From Trichoplax adhaerens (lineage: Eukaryota; Animalia; Placozoa): 64,000 nt of DNA. Under the pieces are notes generated by a model. That model searched no databases, had not been told where the DNA came from, and was given only the letters and a program-made list of their open reading frames with translations. Below, in pieces: positions 13,778 through 27,067 of this stretch (the first letter of the stretch is position 1; every line of letters starts with the position of its first letter). The stretch is from assembly GCF_000150275.1 (NCBI RefSeq), contig NW_002060945.1:1554199-1618198 (forward strand), given 5' to 3'. The translations under genes and the position numbers were made by a program.

Positions 13778-16700
13778 ATGGATGAAAGGAAAATTCTCAT
13801 CGAGCGGATACGAAAGCAGTTATTGAAGGACGATATTAAGTTATGGCTGCCGCCATATACGAAGCAAGGGGATGAAAGTAGCCATAGCCTGCCTGAGGTA
13901 AGGAAGGACTCAGCCAGTTAGATGATTGTATATCTTGCTGCTGCAATAGTAGAAGGAGTTGATGATGTCACTGTTTAGAAAAAGTTTTCCTTAGCAAAAG
14001 TTGTGCAAAGTTTACAAATGTTGCTGTCCTAAGAATCATCATGATAAGAAAATGAAATGCTATATCATCGTTTAGACACAGGCTTGTAGAGATTTTCTAC
14101 TGTAGACCATTTCTACTGGTCTTTGGTCTTGCATTTCTAACTTGATATGACTTATTTATACAAATACTCTCTTCGTATTTCGATCATGTCTTGTGTCAAT
14201 GGTCAGTACTACGTGAAAATAATCATAGGTATTCTCTTTCTTTCGTCTTTCGGTGATCTACTAATCATCATTGCAATCAGAGAAAGAGAATATCATTGCT
14301 CTGCATTTCTGACTTGATACTGTTTATTTTAATTCTCTTTCTCTCGTATTTCTATGTTGCAAGACTAGTATGCTAAGCATCATTAGAAATGAGACAAAGA
14401 TAACATCGTCATCCTATATTTTCGATTTGATACCATTTATTTATGCAAATATCCTCTTCTCTCGTAATTCTGTGATGTAGGGCAATGGTCCTGATTAGTC
14501 CTGATCATAACGATAACAAAGGAGAATAGCATCGTCTTACATTTCTAACTTGATATCATTTATTGATACAAATATTCTCTTTTCCTTCACCTATTTCCAT
14601 AATGTAGGAATTAATCGAGAGGTACTCGTCATTCTTACAAATCTCATCCAAAGATGTAAGCGAAGTTTTAGAAAATCTACGTTCTCATGCTTTAAAAAAA
14701 ATACAAGGCAATAAACGATTTCAACAGCATGGTATCGCTACCTTGAATATTCAAGTAGCCAAGACTGGCCGTAATCAGAAGTTGACTTCTACATCTACGG
14801 CAGATAAATATGACTTTCAACTTGATATTCATTTAAGCAATGATGGAAAGGAATTACGAAAAAGGTAAAATTCTTTGTTGCAGGACAGCAATTGATCAAT
14901 GAAGTACGCAATTAACTATGAAAATGATTGATGTTATCTGCCTTACTTATAGCCTCATGGATAAACTTGATTGCCGTGGCGAAAGTATTAAAATGATAAG
15001 CAATGGACGATTAATAGAGGATGGTAAGGAATGTAATTAGTATAATACTTCATATAGAATATAGTATGCAGTATATTTAAGATCCTGCCATTCATAGCAC
15101 TAAAGATTTATCGGTTGCCGTAATATGTATATAAGCATTATGATTTAAATACTCTTTCCTAATATGGTAACTACATGATAGGGTGCAACTTAACTGATCA
15201 AAATATCAAACATAACGGACGAATTCTCGTAGTTAAGACTGCAAAACTAGATAATGCGGAGGATAATATCTCGACTAAAATTTCACAAGCTAGAAAAGTA
15301 GCCACTACATTATCCAAGCGGGCCGATGGTACGGACAAATAATTTGTTTTAATTAATTAATGTACAAATAAGCACTTTCCTGATCTCAATATCCATCTCT
15401 TGATCGCAGTGTCTGTAACTGTTTACTTAGTACTTGTTTATTAACACCATATAAGGATAACTAGATAGTTGTCACTTACGATTGCATTAAAAGTATGTCC
15501 TAAGATTAGAGCGTTCTTTTATTCTACTACATTTAAAGCAATGATTTGAAAGACGCAAATTCGGAGTACAGTACTGTTAATAATGGCGCCATATTCAAGA
15601 TATGAGCTTCAATTAATAGCGGCTACTCTTTTCGATTTTATAGATGGAAAGTACGAAGGCCATTACATGGAAATTCGAGATCAAAATGGAGTGCTTATAC
15701 CTCTTCAATCAACAACCAAGAAAGTATTACTTTTGGCAGATCTCTTGAACAACTACGTGTATGCTATTTATTTCTCTATTGATGACGGTGTTTTATTCCC
15801 TCTCAGTCCTTAGTGATAGCTATGTCTCTACATGAACTGGCTAGAAGCTATATAGATCGTAAGAACTACACTGAAGCTTTGCCTCTCCTCTTTGAAGCGG
15901 ACAAGGAGTTTAAGTAAAATTATATGTAAACTATCATAGCTACATTTAGTATTATTATTTACAAAATGCGTCCTGTTTTTGTTTAATATTCAATTTTAAG
16001 GTATAAGACACTAATCGAAGTTCTCTCGTTGTTTTATAGCCAATGTGATGCAGATATTTTAAATTGTGTAGATAACTACGCTAACTTATGCTTAGATATC
16101 GTTTGGTGTTATATGAGAATAAAATGCCTCGATTATTTGTCAGACGCAGGTTAGACATGATTTGGATTACTTAGGGTATTTTACTACATTGACATAATAC
16201 AGTACATCCATTTATATCCGACAGAATTGAGATTAAGAAAATGTGCACAATGTTTTTCACAATGTTATGGTCAAAATATGGAGCGACTAACAGCGATTAA
16301 GGTATAAAATTGAATTATCTCAAGTGATGTACTCGTTTTGGCCAGAATTAATTTCCTAAGTAGCTATATTACTTTATACATGTTAATAGTACATGTATCT
16401 TATCAGAGTGTTTGAAAATTAAATCACCTTTCTAATTGTAATAAATCCCTGATAGTTACGATTGCAACGCATAGCAGATTATCATTTCTGAAAATGCTTT
16501 ACTTGCTAAGCTACTATTAAAATTTGCAGATAGTATTTATCTAATTGTCTGCTACACAAACAGGGGTGCCATTCCCACGAAATAGCATTATTTGCTCGTT
16601 TACATCTTTTACAAGGAGTTGTTGCGTATCACAAAGGAGACAAATCGACTTGTCAAAGGTTATTAATACAGGTTGGTTATAACAGTGATCTTTTATATTA

Positions 16701-18515
16701 CTATTTTTATTATGATAAGTACTGTATATAATATCTTACTAGGCCGAAAACGAAATGGAAAAATTAATGGTTAAAGAAGAGAGTTTAACTCAGTGTACGT
16801 CTTTAAATTTTATAATAAGAGCTACATTACTTTTGTATCTTTAATAATAATAATCATTTAAAATGGAGCTGATATGAGATTATAAATTTAATGATGCAGA
16901 AATCTCAACTACAATTATTTATCCTTACTTGCTCTCTCTCTAGTGATGGTGATGGGATTTAGCTCTGTTGAAGCTCGCTTAGGTCTGAGGTCATCAAACG
17001 GAAATGTAGAAAAAGCTATCGGTTATATAATGGACCGTCAAAGGGTAATTCGTTGTAGCTAACTAATCTATCTCAAGAAAAATGTCGATTTAATTACATA
17101 TTTCATGAATTAGGAAAGGAAAAAGAGGAAAGAGATAGAAAGAGAAGAAAGACAAAAGAAAAGAAAGCGAGAACGTCTGGGCAAAACAGTTCAAGGAGAA
17201 TGGTATAGAATTTGTCCTATTTATCATAATTTGATTTATGATGCTAAAAGAAAGTTTCTTGAAATTTTGGCCATTTAGAAAGTGCAGGCGAATTATGCTA
17301 ATTGCAATATTGTATAAAACACTAGGGTTAATGCAGAGCTATACGATTCGCTAGTTAGTATGGGACATGATAAAGAGCTTGTAGCGGAAGCGTTACGTCA
17401 ATCAGAAAATGATATAGTACTGGCCTTACAGGTATTGTGCTTAGTATAATCAAATTTATCGCATTTTTGGTAGTATATAGATTACGTATATTTTGAAGGT
17501 AGGATGCAACTATATTAATTGCTGTGTTGAAATTTCAGGCTTTGAATGAAGGCATAGACGTCCTAAGAGCCTGCCTTATCAAGTATGGCGTAAAACGTTA
17601 ATATTACTTTTTTATTTATACCAGAATTTAAACATGTCTTACATTTACTTTTCAAGTAAGAACAGTGCTAAGAAGAATACTGTATCCAAGGAAGCACTGA
17701 ATCAGGTAGGCAATCATCGTGTGGCATTTTTATACATTGTTTATATCGATTCTTAAGCTTTTTGTGATATTAAATTAATAGCTGATAAATAGTAAAGCAG
17801 GTTCTTATATCTTGTGTAGTATATTTATAGCAGCATTAATTACTTAAGCCTTAAATATATCGTGCTATGATTAATTATTTAAAGTTAACTGTCCTTTTTG
17901 ATCGTTTTTATTCGTGTTTATATTTAAAGGGGTGAAAATAATGGATTTATTAAGTTAAATTTTGAGTGTTTGGGAAGTTACCCTGATATCAGGGATATCA
18001 GTTTATTTTAAAGATTGTAACTTACTTGTATTCCTTCTTAGTTAACGGCAATGGGGTTCGATGCAAAGAAAGCCAAATCATGCTTATTACAACATAACGG
18101 AAATATCGAACGTGCTATAGATGAACTATCATCACAGATGCCTATGTCATCAGGTAATTTCGTTAACACTTTTATTTAATTTCAAGCAACCCTTATTGAA
18201 ATAATAATCTTAAGGTAGTCTATACCTACAATAACGGGAGATCCAAATACTCTTTCTAACTACCATTTACTAGGATCGTCTACCGATGAATCAGACCTTG
18301 AAAAGTCTGCGTTAAATAACATGGATGTAACTGAGGATTTTGATGATGGAGAAGACATAAGTGAAGATGATGAAGACAAGGAAGAATTAGAAAAATCTAT
18401 TGAGACTATTTTACCTGACTTAGCTAAAGACGAGGAGGACTATCTAAACCTGTCTTTGAATGAAGAATGCGAAATTTTACAGGAATATAAGATTCTTCTG
18501 GCGTCCCTGAAATAG
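13778..18515 (+). CDS. NUB1: NEDD8 ultimate buster 1 (UBL plus UBA domains), multi-exon
   Basis: N-terminus MDERKILIERIRKQLLKDDIKLWLPPYT, core VDNYANLCLDIVWCY and CYGQNMERL, UBA repeats (VMGFSSVEARLGLR, VSMGHDKELVAEALRQSEND, TAMGFDAKKAKSCL), acidic tail EEDYLNLSLNEE. Confidence 0.9.
14120..14605. repeat. Degenerate tandem repeat (about 4 copies of 110-170 bp) in NUB1 intron 1
   Basis: Recurring catttct(a/g)acttgata...tttat..caaata.tctct at about 14132, 14305, 14416 and 14540. Confidence 0.7.
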
Positions 18516-20408
18516 AAACCCTAATTATTGAATGCAAATGAAATTGAAATTGTTGTAATGTACCTATTTATCAATAGGCGGTCTTAATGCAAAAGCATAC
18601 TGTCATTTAGATTCGTAATATGTTTAAAATTTTGATATGTTCCTGTGAAACCCTTTATTAATTTACTAATTGAAACGATTTCTATTTCCATTAACTGTGA
18701 TATTTACTTGGTACAATGATAATTATTTGTGTTAACATGTCTTTTATACGGATTTTAACAATCGTTTGTGTTGCCCATAATGAATATACTAATCGTAACT
18801 GATAAAAATTTATCTAATCATCTACAATAGTGTGGCATAAGATTGAATTGAATTCAAAATTAACAAATAATGATATGCTACCTTTGTAAGTGTTGTATGG
18901 TTTAACGACTTATGAATGAAGCGGATAGTATAATTACTATAGGCTTTGCCACCTGCTGTATAATTGTAGTGCATTGAGGTCCTAACGAATTCTAGTAATA
19001 TATTCAATTCTATACTACGACAACACACAATGATTGTGTAATACTGCAGATGATGTTATTATTATACGTATGATGCTGCAAGTCTTGAAGAGTATTCATT
19101 CCTATCTACGATAGAAGACTCCTTTATATCAGAATCTTACTAATTAACTAAATCATTCATGCATGTTTTCAAATTATGCATAAGCCGAAACTTGACAAAA
19201 TTCATACCTGCAACACTAAATGCGTATTCTAACGAGGATAAGTGTAGTACATTAGGTTATATCAAGTTATGTAGCATTTATTCTCATAGATGGTAGTATA
19301 TACAGTTTGCGTACAACATGATGGTATTTACATAATTACATGATCCTATACTGCTGTAGTATATAATTAATTTATAAATAAAGGTTGAATGCTATTACTA
19401 ATAATATTCAATTGCATACTAATACGGCCATACCCTAATTTATATTGTGAGTAATTGTTTTATAAATATTATTATCATTTGAAGACTTCAGAGCGTATAA
19501 ATAAGTAGTATTTCTAGCAATATGCTGATCCATATTGTAACTATCTCGTTGGCTGAGTGGCGGACGTTGCGCTTCCACTCTTAGTCGTTAACGTTAGCAC
19601 GAGGGACTTTGATACACTCCTCCTAGTAAGCTTACTAAAAGTCTCTTTTATTTAGGATTTACTGCATTTAAAAAGTATAGCCGTAATGACGTATTATACC
19701 CTGATCTTAGTAATTCATTACCTTTCTCTTATGCTAACACATTAGGTGCAGTACAACAGGTTACTGTATTCTTATATACATAACAGCGGACTTCAAACTA
19801 CGCTAAAACATAGCCTACAGGATATCATCTTGAAGCCATATTTGCTATCATATCTACGACATAAGCTCTAATATCTTGAGATGAGTGGGCCACCTATTAC
19901 CGTAGCAATGGTTATGCATCTCCGATAGTAATGCAGTCTGCTAAACATTGTACAAATATGTCAAATTTTGTCCGTTTCTCGATCTCATTACTCTTAGATC
20001 AAAGAAATTAGCTAATTATTTATAAGTTGTATTCTGTTCAGGGTAGCAGATCGCCATATTGATAAAATTGGATAAAAGTCCTCCTTACGACACTATATAG
20101 CAATATCCTATCTTCTACAGATAGGATGCCATGTTGAACTCTAGAGTTGTCTTACCTTGGTGCAACTTTCTGTCTATACATTACAAGGATCGTATAGCAT
20201 TAAACATCGTATTTTAAACACCTTATAGCAACCCTGTTGCCCAAAAGAATGTTTACGACATTAGTATATAAACAATATCAACAAACAGTCTAATGTTTAT
20301 TGCACTAAAATACTATAGTACTGTACATTCGCAAGCATGTCATTCGTACCATAGAAATCACTGTGTAAAATAGATCGTCTGTATTCCAATTTAATGGCAT
20401 CGATTCAT

Positions 20409-20422
20409 TTTAAATTTGGCGG
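20409..20422 (+). promoter_or_regulatory. E2F-like site (TTTGGCGG) with adjacent TTTAAA upstream of haspin
   Basis: tttaaatttggcggc about 175 bp upstream of the haspin ATG, consistent with a cell-cycle gene. Confidence 0.5.
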
Positions 20423-20592
20423 CAACAAGATCTGCACGGACTTGCAAAAAGGAAAATATTGTCGAAAGCTATCGCCAATTACTTGGATCGTTATGTAATT
20501 TCAGGCTTATTATCCATACCTTAATTGGGAATTAAACTTGGTGATCGTTATATATCGTGTTTTAAACTGTTTTAGCTATTGGCTGGAGTATC

Positions 20593-23500
20593 ATGGCTTT
20601 CAATAAACATTTTATAAGAACTTATGGTGCTAAAGGGAAGAGAACGATTAGTGTAACACCTTTCTCTCCAATTTTAAATGCAAGACAAGCCGTTAGCCGA
20701 TCACGATCCGATTTCTCTTCCAAATCGTCATCGAGCTACGAGTAAGTAGAATAAGATCGACAATGGCTTGATTTACGTATGATATTCAATCGATCGATTG
20801 ACAATTGCGAGCAACGTGGTAGTCAGTAAACCATTTTTCCTGCTGAGAATTCATCATCATTGAGTGCAAAGTTTGTATATGAAATACAACCTTCTTGATA
20901 TGGTATCATAACGCTATAAGAGATATTCTACTTTGGATTACAGTAGCTGTTATACTGCATATTGGAGTACTTTACCCATAATTTTGCCATGCTTAATGCA
21001 GATGATCGTCGATTTTGCTAGGTGTTTAGTGCTGTGTACCGTATGTGCATTGCTAGGCAAAAACTAGATCTGTCCTATAAACCGATATTCAGTTATGAGG
21101 TGCTCGTTAAAAAGCTAATTTTGGCTCAATTAAACTGTATTATCCAGTTGGTATGGTGATTTTATGGATTCTGAGGAGATTTACTGTCACTACATATCTA
21201 TAATGCTTGAAAAAAAGATAAAAGTTAGAAGCTACTCGTATTTACACTAGCGTTATAAAAATGGTAGTAATATTGCTTTTACTTAATAAGAGTAGCTTGC
21301 ACCTCCTTTACTGTTTTCTATATCCTACCCTGATATCTTTAGCAGCAACCGTCCGTTAAACTCTTCTATTGATCTTGGATCGGAGCCAGATCTAAAAAAA
21401 AGTGGTGTTTCGGTAAGACAGCTTAAAATTGGAGATTACGATAATTGTTGATTTACCAAGATTGCATCACCTGTAACTTACGACCTATTTTGCAATATAT
21501 TGTAGTCAATTACTGGCAGCTAATTCATATAACGTTAGCATGATATATAACGTCTTACTTACTTGCATAAATATAATGTTAGACCTGGATAACTAGGCAA
21601 TCGTATCATATCTTCCCAACCTTATTACGTTGTTATAATAGCTATAATTGAGGAAATGCGCGGCTTGAAATAACGAGCTGCTATCACTCCGCATTTCTGC
21701 ACCTTTTCACTGTATTATTTTGAAATAATTGCAAAGCCTGGAATAGTCTAGCTTAAATTATCTAACTATTATTGCTCCACATCTCTACTACTTTTCACTT
21801 TATTGTATTGAAATAATACTGTAGCTAAACTTGGTAAATAGCCTAGCTTAGAACAATTGATAGTTTTATTCCGCATCTCATCACTTTATTATGTTAAAAT
21901 CATACTGTAGGAAAATTAGGAAATAGCCTAGCTTCAAATAATATAAGTTATCACCCCTTTTTTCACGTCCATTACTCATGCTGTATATTGTATTTGCACG
22001 CAGGCTGATATTACGTTCGATCATGGAGGCAATTCAACTTGCAATCTTTTCAAGATGTCATCACCTATTGTGCAGGAAGGAAAGCAAGCAAATTTATCTA
22101 GGAGTATCTACGATGAGTCGAATAATGGCGATAGGACACCTTCAGTAACACTTGATCCTGACATACACAATTCCAGTATCTTCGAAGGCAGTCTCTCAAC
22201 AAATGACGTTAGCCAAACTTCTATACTGCGTAAACGTTCATTTGCAGTAAGTACTCTATTAATTAAAGAGACGTGAATGAAGATTCTATGATAATACTCT
22301 TCTAGTTGTGCAACTATGTTGGTTAAAATTTTTTACCAGTTACTCATTAACCATACCGGTCTAGTTATTCCACGATAAAACCACTTATTAATTAATATTA
22401 ATGACATCTTCCTATTCTACTTTTTCTAGGAAAGTTTACTACCTTTAACAAATAGAGAATCGAATCTTGATTTGCCTGATATATATCATAAAGTACTAGA
22501 AGAATGCAATCAAACGGAAGCTATAACGCTGGAACAGTATCTTGTTAATAAGTACTGTATTACCACATAGATGCAATTAATACTCAATCAGTCAATACCT
22601 TGTTTCATGCCCGCATAATGACTGTACTGAAAATCTTAATTATGATACACTTCCAATATGCGTAGTCATTTAAAATTTGATAAACACAATAACTAAAGGA
22701 ATCAATAAATTATTCTAGAGCATTTGTAAAACTTGGTGAAGGCACCTTTGCCGAAGTATTTCGATGTAGTAATACAGAAGGAAAGGAATCCATCATAAAG
22801 GTATTTAAGAGTATTAGCAATGTACGTACCATCATATAAATAGATAAAGATCAAAATCAGTGTTATGCGTATTAACTTAAGAATTACTAGCACAATGGCT
22901 AAAGTATTATTTTATTTTTCAAGTAATTTCATCTCTTGTATTAGATATGTGCGCTATTTAGCTTATTCACAAAGTAGATGCCCATTATTAATGGATAGCC
23001 ATTTTATCTTTATCTGTATAGGTTTTATTTAATTTATTACATACTAATCCTCATTTTAGATTATGCCTGTAGAGGGAAAGGAGTTAATTAACGAAGAAGA
23101 ACAAAAAAAATTTGAAGATATCTTGGCGGAAATAGTCATCGCGCGGTAAATTCTACTGCCATGTGCTGATGTTTTGTTGATTATTGGTAATCTAGTAACG
23201 ACTATATATTTTCTCAATCTATCTATTTGGCAGGGAATTAAGCTCATTAAGGCACAAGGTTAGATGCCAGGCAGCCATGAGTTACTATTTGACTTTTCAT
23301 CTAAACTGAGATTTGTATAATTCTTGCATAGGATATTACAGGCAGGAATCAAACGAATAATTTCATTGAGTTGCTTAGGTAACAACTACTTTAAATCAGA
23401 GATGATCTTACTTATTTATTACAGTCTTACCAATACTGTTGTATAATTACATAGTTTACGAGTATAATATCGCCAACTCTTTTATTTAAAGTGTTGCCTG

Positions 23501-24766
23501 TTGCCGCGGTCGCTACCCTCAGAAGTTACTTTTGGCATGGAAAGAATGGGATAAAAAATATAAATCAGAAAATGATTGTCCCGGTAATAACATGCAGTAG
23601 AACCATTACGTAATTCACGTGCACATCATATAGAGACTGCAGAAAAATATACTCATTACTAAACGTTGTTGTTGTGTTATTCTTTAGACATATTTAATAA
23701 GGATCAGTACTATATTGTAATGGAATTCCCGTTTGGTGGTGTCGATTTGGAACATTTCCCAGTAATCATATGTCTATATTTCCACAATAGTAAACTTTTT
23801 GAGCGATACAAAATCAATATTAAAACCACATGACATATCGCTATTCTAATTTCTTGCATAGATCAAAAGTACAAAGCAAGCTGAAAGTATTATCCAACAA
23901 ATTACTTTTGCTTTGGCCGCTGCAGAAGAGGTATTAATTAGTTAAGAGTTGAGCCTAAAGTAACTTATTAAGCGTCTTGTATTAACTCATTTGATTATAC
24001 ACGGCTAGTCATCTTTTTTATAATACGGTATCTACTATGTAATCTTCGCTGAAGGCATTGTTGTTCGAACATCGAGATTTACATTGGAGCAACGTATTGA
24101 TTCAAGAAACAGAAATGGAAACCTGTGCTTGTGTGATCAATGATCACAAATACGAAATACCAACGAATAACGTCTACGTCAGTATAATTGATTTTACGTT
24201 GTCAAGACTAGAACAAGGTGATATAGCCAACGATACATTTTTTTATCCTCTCATTTAAACATTAAGTCTTTCGATAATTTTAAAATAATGTTACTTAGCA
24301 AATATCATTGAAATCTAATATTTTAAATTCGACTCCCATCAGATGGTTGTATTTCGTTCTTTAATTTATCGAAGGATGATGAATTATTTAAAGGTGAAGG
24401 GGACTATCAGTTTGAAATCTATCGTATGATGAGAGAAAAGAACGAGTAAGTATTATCATTCCAAAATAAATACGGTAGTAGCGGTTTGACGAACATAAGT
24501 AGTAGGTTATCCAGAGGTTGGATATGACTATCTTTGCTTTGCTCGGAAATTGAAGAAATAATTTAATCATGTATAGGAACGAATGGAAAAGCTTTCATGC
24601 TAAAACTAATGTCTACTGGCTACACTATCTAACTGATAAGCTAATTAACGAAAAAAAATACCCTAGAGGAAAGAAAAGGAAAAAATTTTTAAGTCGGTTA
24701 TATGATAACCTTTTGAAACATGAATCTTCTTACGAAGTGGTGACTGGAGAACTACTTACCACATAA
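20593..24766 (+). CDS. HASPIN: Haspin serine/threonine kinase (histone H3T3 kinase), multi-exon
   Basis: N-terminal MAFNKHFIRTYGA, then KLGEGTFAEVF, AWKEWD, FGGVDLE, FEHRDLHWSNVLI, IIDFTLSRL, GDYQFEIYRMMR and KTNVYWLHYLTDKL, which are haspin-specific motifs. Confidence 0.93.
21580..22003. repeat. Degenerate ~90-bp tandem repeat in a haspin intron
   Basis: Recurring aatagcctagctt...ccgcat(c/t)t...tcactttatt...atactgtag at about 21650, 21740, 21835 and 21920. Confidence 0.7.
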
Positions 24767-27067
24767 CGATTATATTAATATACCTCGATGAGAACAACCT
24801 TTTCAACTATAAAACGAAATCGAAAATGTTCAATTGCTTCACTGTCAAATCAATCTCTGATGTTTTACGCAGTGATTCTAGTAATATTTTTGTTGAAGTT
24901 TTAGTTTTACTGTGCCTATATAAATGATAAAATCTATGGAATAACTAGAAAGCTGTTGGCGTAACGATCGCTATTAAAAGTTTTAAAATTGAAATTGCAA
25001 GTATATCTCATTTTGAGAAACAAAAATTTTTTCCAATTGGTATTCTTAATCTGTTTAAAAGACTAACGATCTTATTTCGTACTGCGATCTATAATAACCA
25101 AATCTATCATATCGATTAGTTATGGATTGACGTAGCATGGACTCCAAAGATAACGAAGATATTTCTTAAATGTTATTATCTGATATTTTTATAACCTGAA
25201 AATCTGTAAAATAGGCTACTGCATCGTTTTATATTAGATTATACCTTCCGTTTTATGCGACACAACAATAAATAAGCAAAGCAATGAATTTCTTTGCTAG
25301 CGTTTTTAACTGCAACGCAACAGTTGTAAGACTTAAATATCTGCAAGAGTCATTTCTATTGCTACCTTCAATTATCGATAACAAGATTGTAGTAAATGAT
25401 CCCATTGAGCAACGCCATCGCTATTAGTATACGTTTATACACCTACTTATATATTGGTCTTTCCACCAAATTACTGTACGTTATTACGTGCAGACAGAGT
25501 TAGTAAATTTCAAAATCATTTCCGCCACTCTATTAAATGATTCAATGATAGTAGTAAATCATAAATTTAAATCACTTCGTATATGGAGCAAATAGAGTTT
25601 CCAAATGATAGCTGGTGCGATCTATAGTTTCAAGATTGTATCGATATACACAACAGTTATTTATATTAGATAATTAATCAATACAGAATCAATTAATACA
25701 TTTATGTAGTTATAATTCCTTAGGATTTTTTTATCGTGATAAAATTAAAACTGTATATATAGCACAGTGTAACACTAATAAAATAATGGAACTAGTAAAA
25801 AATCTTGTACTTAATTACATTATACGTAACTTCTACATTTACCCAGTTTCAATCTCATGACAAAAAATTGCGGTACATTAGCACTACGCATAATTAAAAT
25901 CCTACGGATTTTATCCGAGACGTTTAAGTAACTAATACAATAGCAATGAAAAAATTGCCATTTCATGCAGTATAGTGCAAAGGAAAAAGGAACTCACTCT
26001 CTAAATAAACAGACTAGTAAATAAAATTGATAACTGCATAAGTATCTCCGTTAATTGAATCAAGTAAACTTCAGTATGACTTACGAAGACATTAAATTTA
26101 GGTATGGAGATGAAACTATGTATCAGAGTAGCTGGAATATTAAACAAATTACATAGGTAGCGATTACTTGAGCAAGTCGAGCCCATAAATGATCACTCTA
26201 ACAATCTAACTATCCTACATTACACAAACTGTAATTGGCAAATTCGTAGAAATGTTTACCGAGATATAGGCGAAACGAGCTCGTGTAATTAAAAGTAGTA
26301 GTAAACTGCTATAAATAGTCAAAACTTTAACGTTTAACCATAAAATCAATGCAATTACAGACTGCAGTATAATAAAATCTTTTATATTACGAGTAGTTAC
26401 GAGGGCTTTGTTCGTGTACGAGCGCATCAAATTACTGTCATTAATAAAGAAATAACAACGTCAAATTTCAAGTATCATATTATTCAGTGTATTAAGAGAC
26501 AGAATGGAATATATATTTCTAGATAGATGTATCTTCATAACCATATCTTTGTTAGATAACTTCGCATCTTTGCAACAGATATTCGTATTTAAAAGCAGAC
26601 AGAGACAGATATAATTACATGAGTAAAAAGCAAGGCCATTAGTCATCCGGGATGCAAATAGAGTACAGAGATCAAGCTTTTACGTAAAGGCAGAAATATA
26701 CAACGGCGATCATAGCGAAATATGCTGATGCTATAGAAAATTAAAGGCAGACGATAGCTCCGTTAAAAGCTATACACGCAAGTTGAATGAAAATAGTCAT
26801 ACATCGACAGATGAATATCGATACTAAGCGCATAAGCTAACAGATGCATGTGGAAACAATGATACAGAAATGCTACCAAACTATTAATAATGCCTAACGT
26901 AACTTTTTTGCTAGGAATTTTATTCACCAGGTACTGATAATTAATATCAAAATATCAATTTTTTCGACTAACGATCATGATATAAACTACACTTTACTTG
27001 TACGCCAGAGTAGCAGTATATTTTCGTTATGACGGTCGTCTAACGGGTATACACTGATTCCACATTT

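Noticed and set aside
19544-19620. TGGCTGAGTGG (Pol III A-box-like) with a possible hairpin
   Set aside because: No proper B box or cloverleaf; cannot support a tRNA or SINE call.
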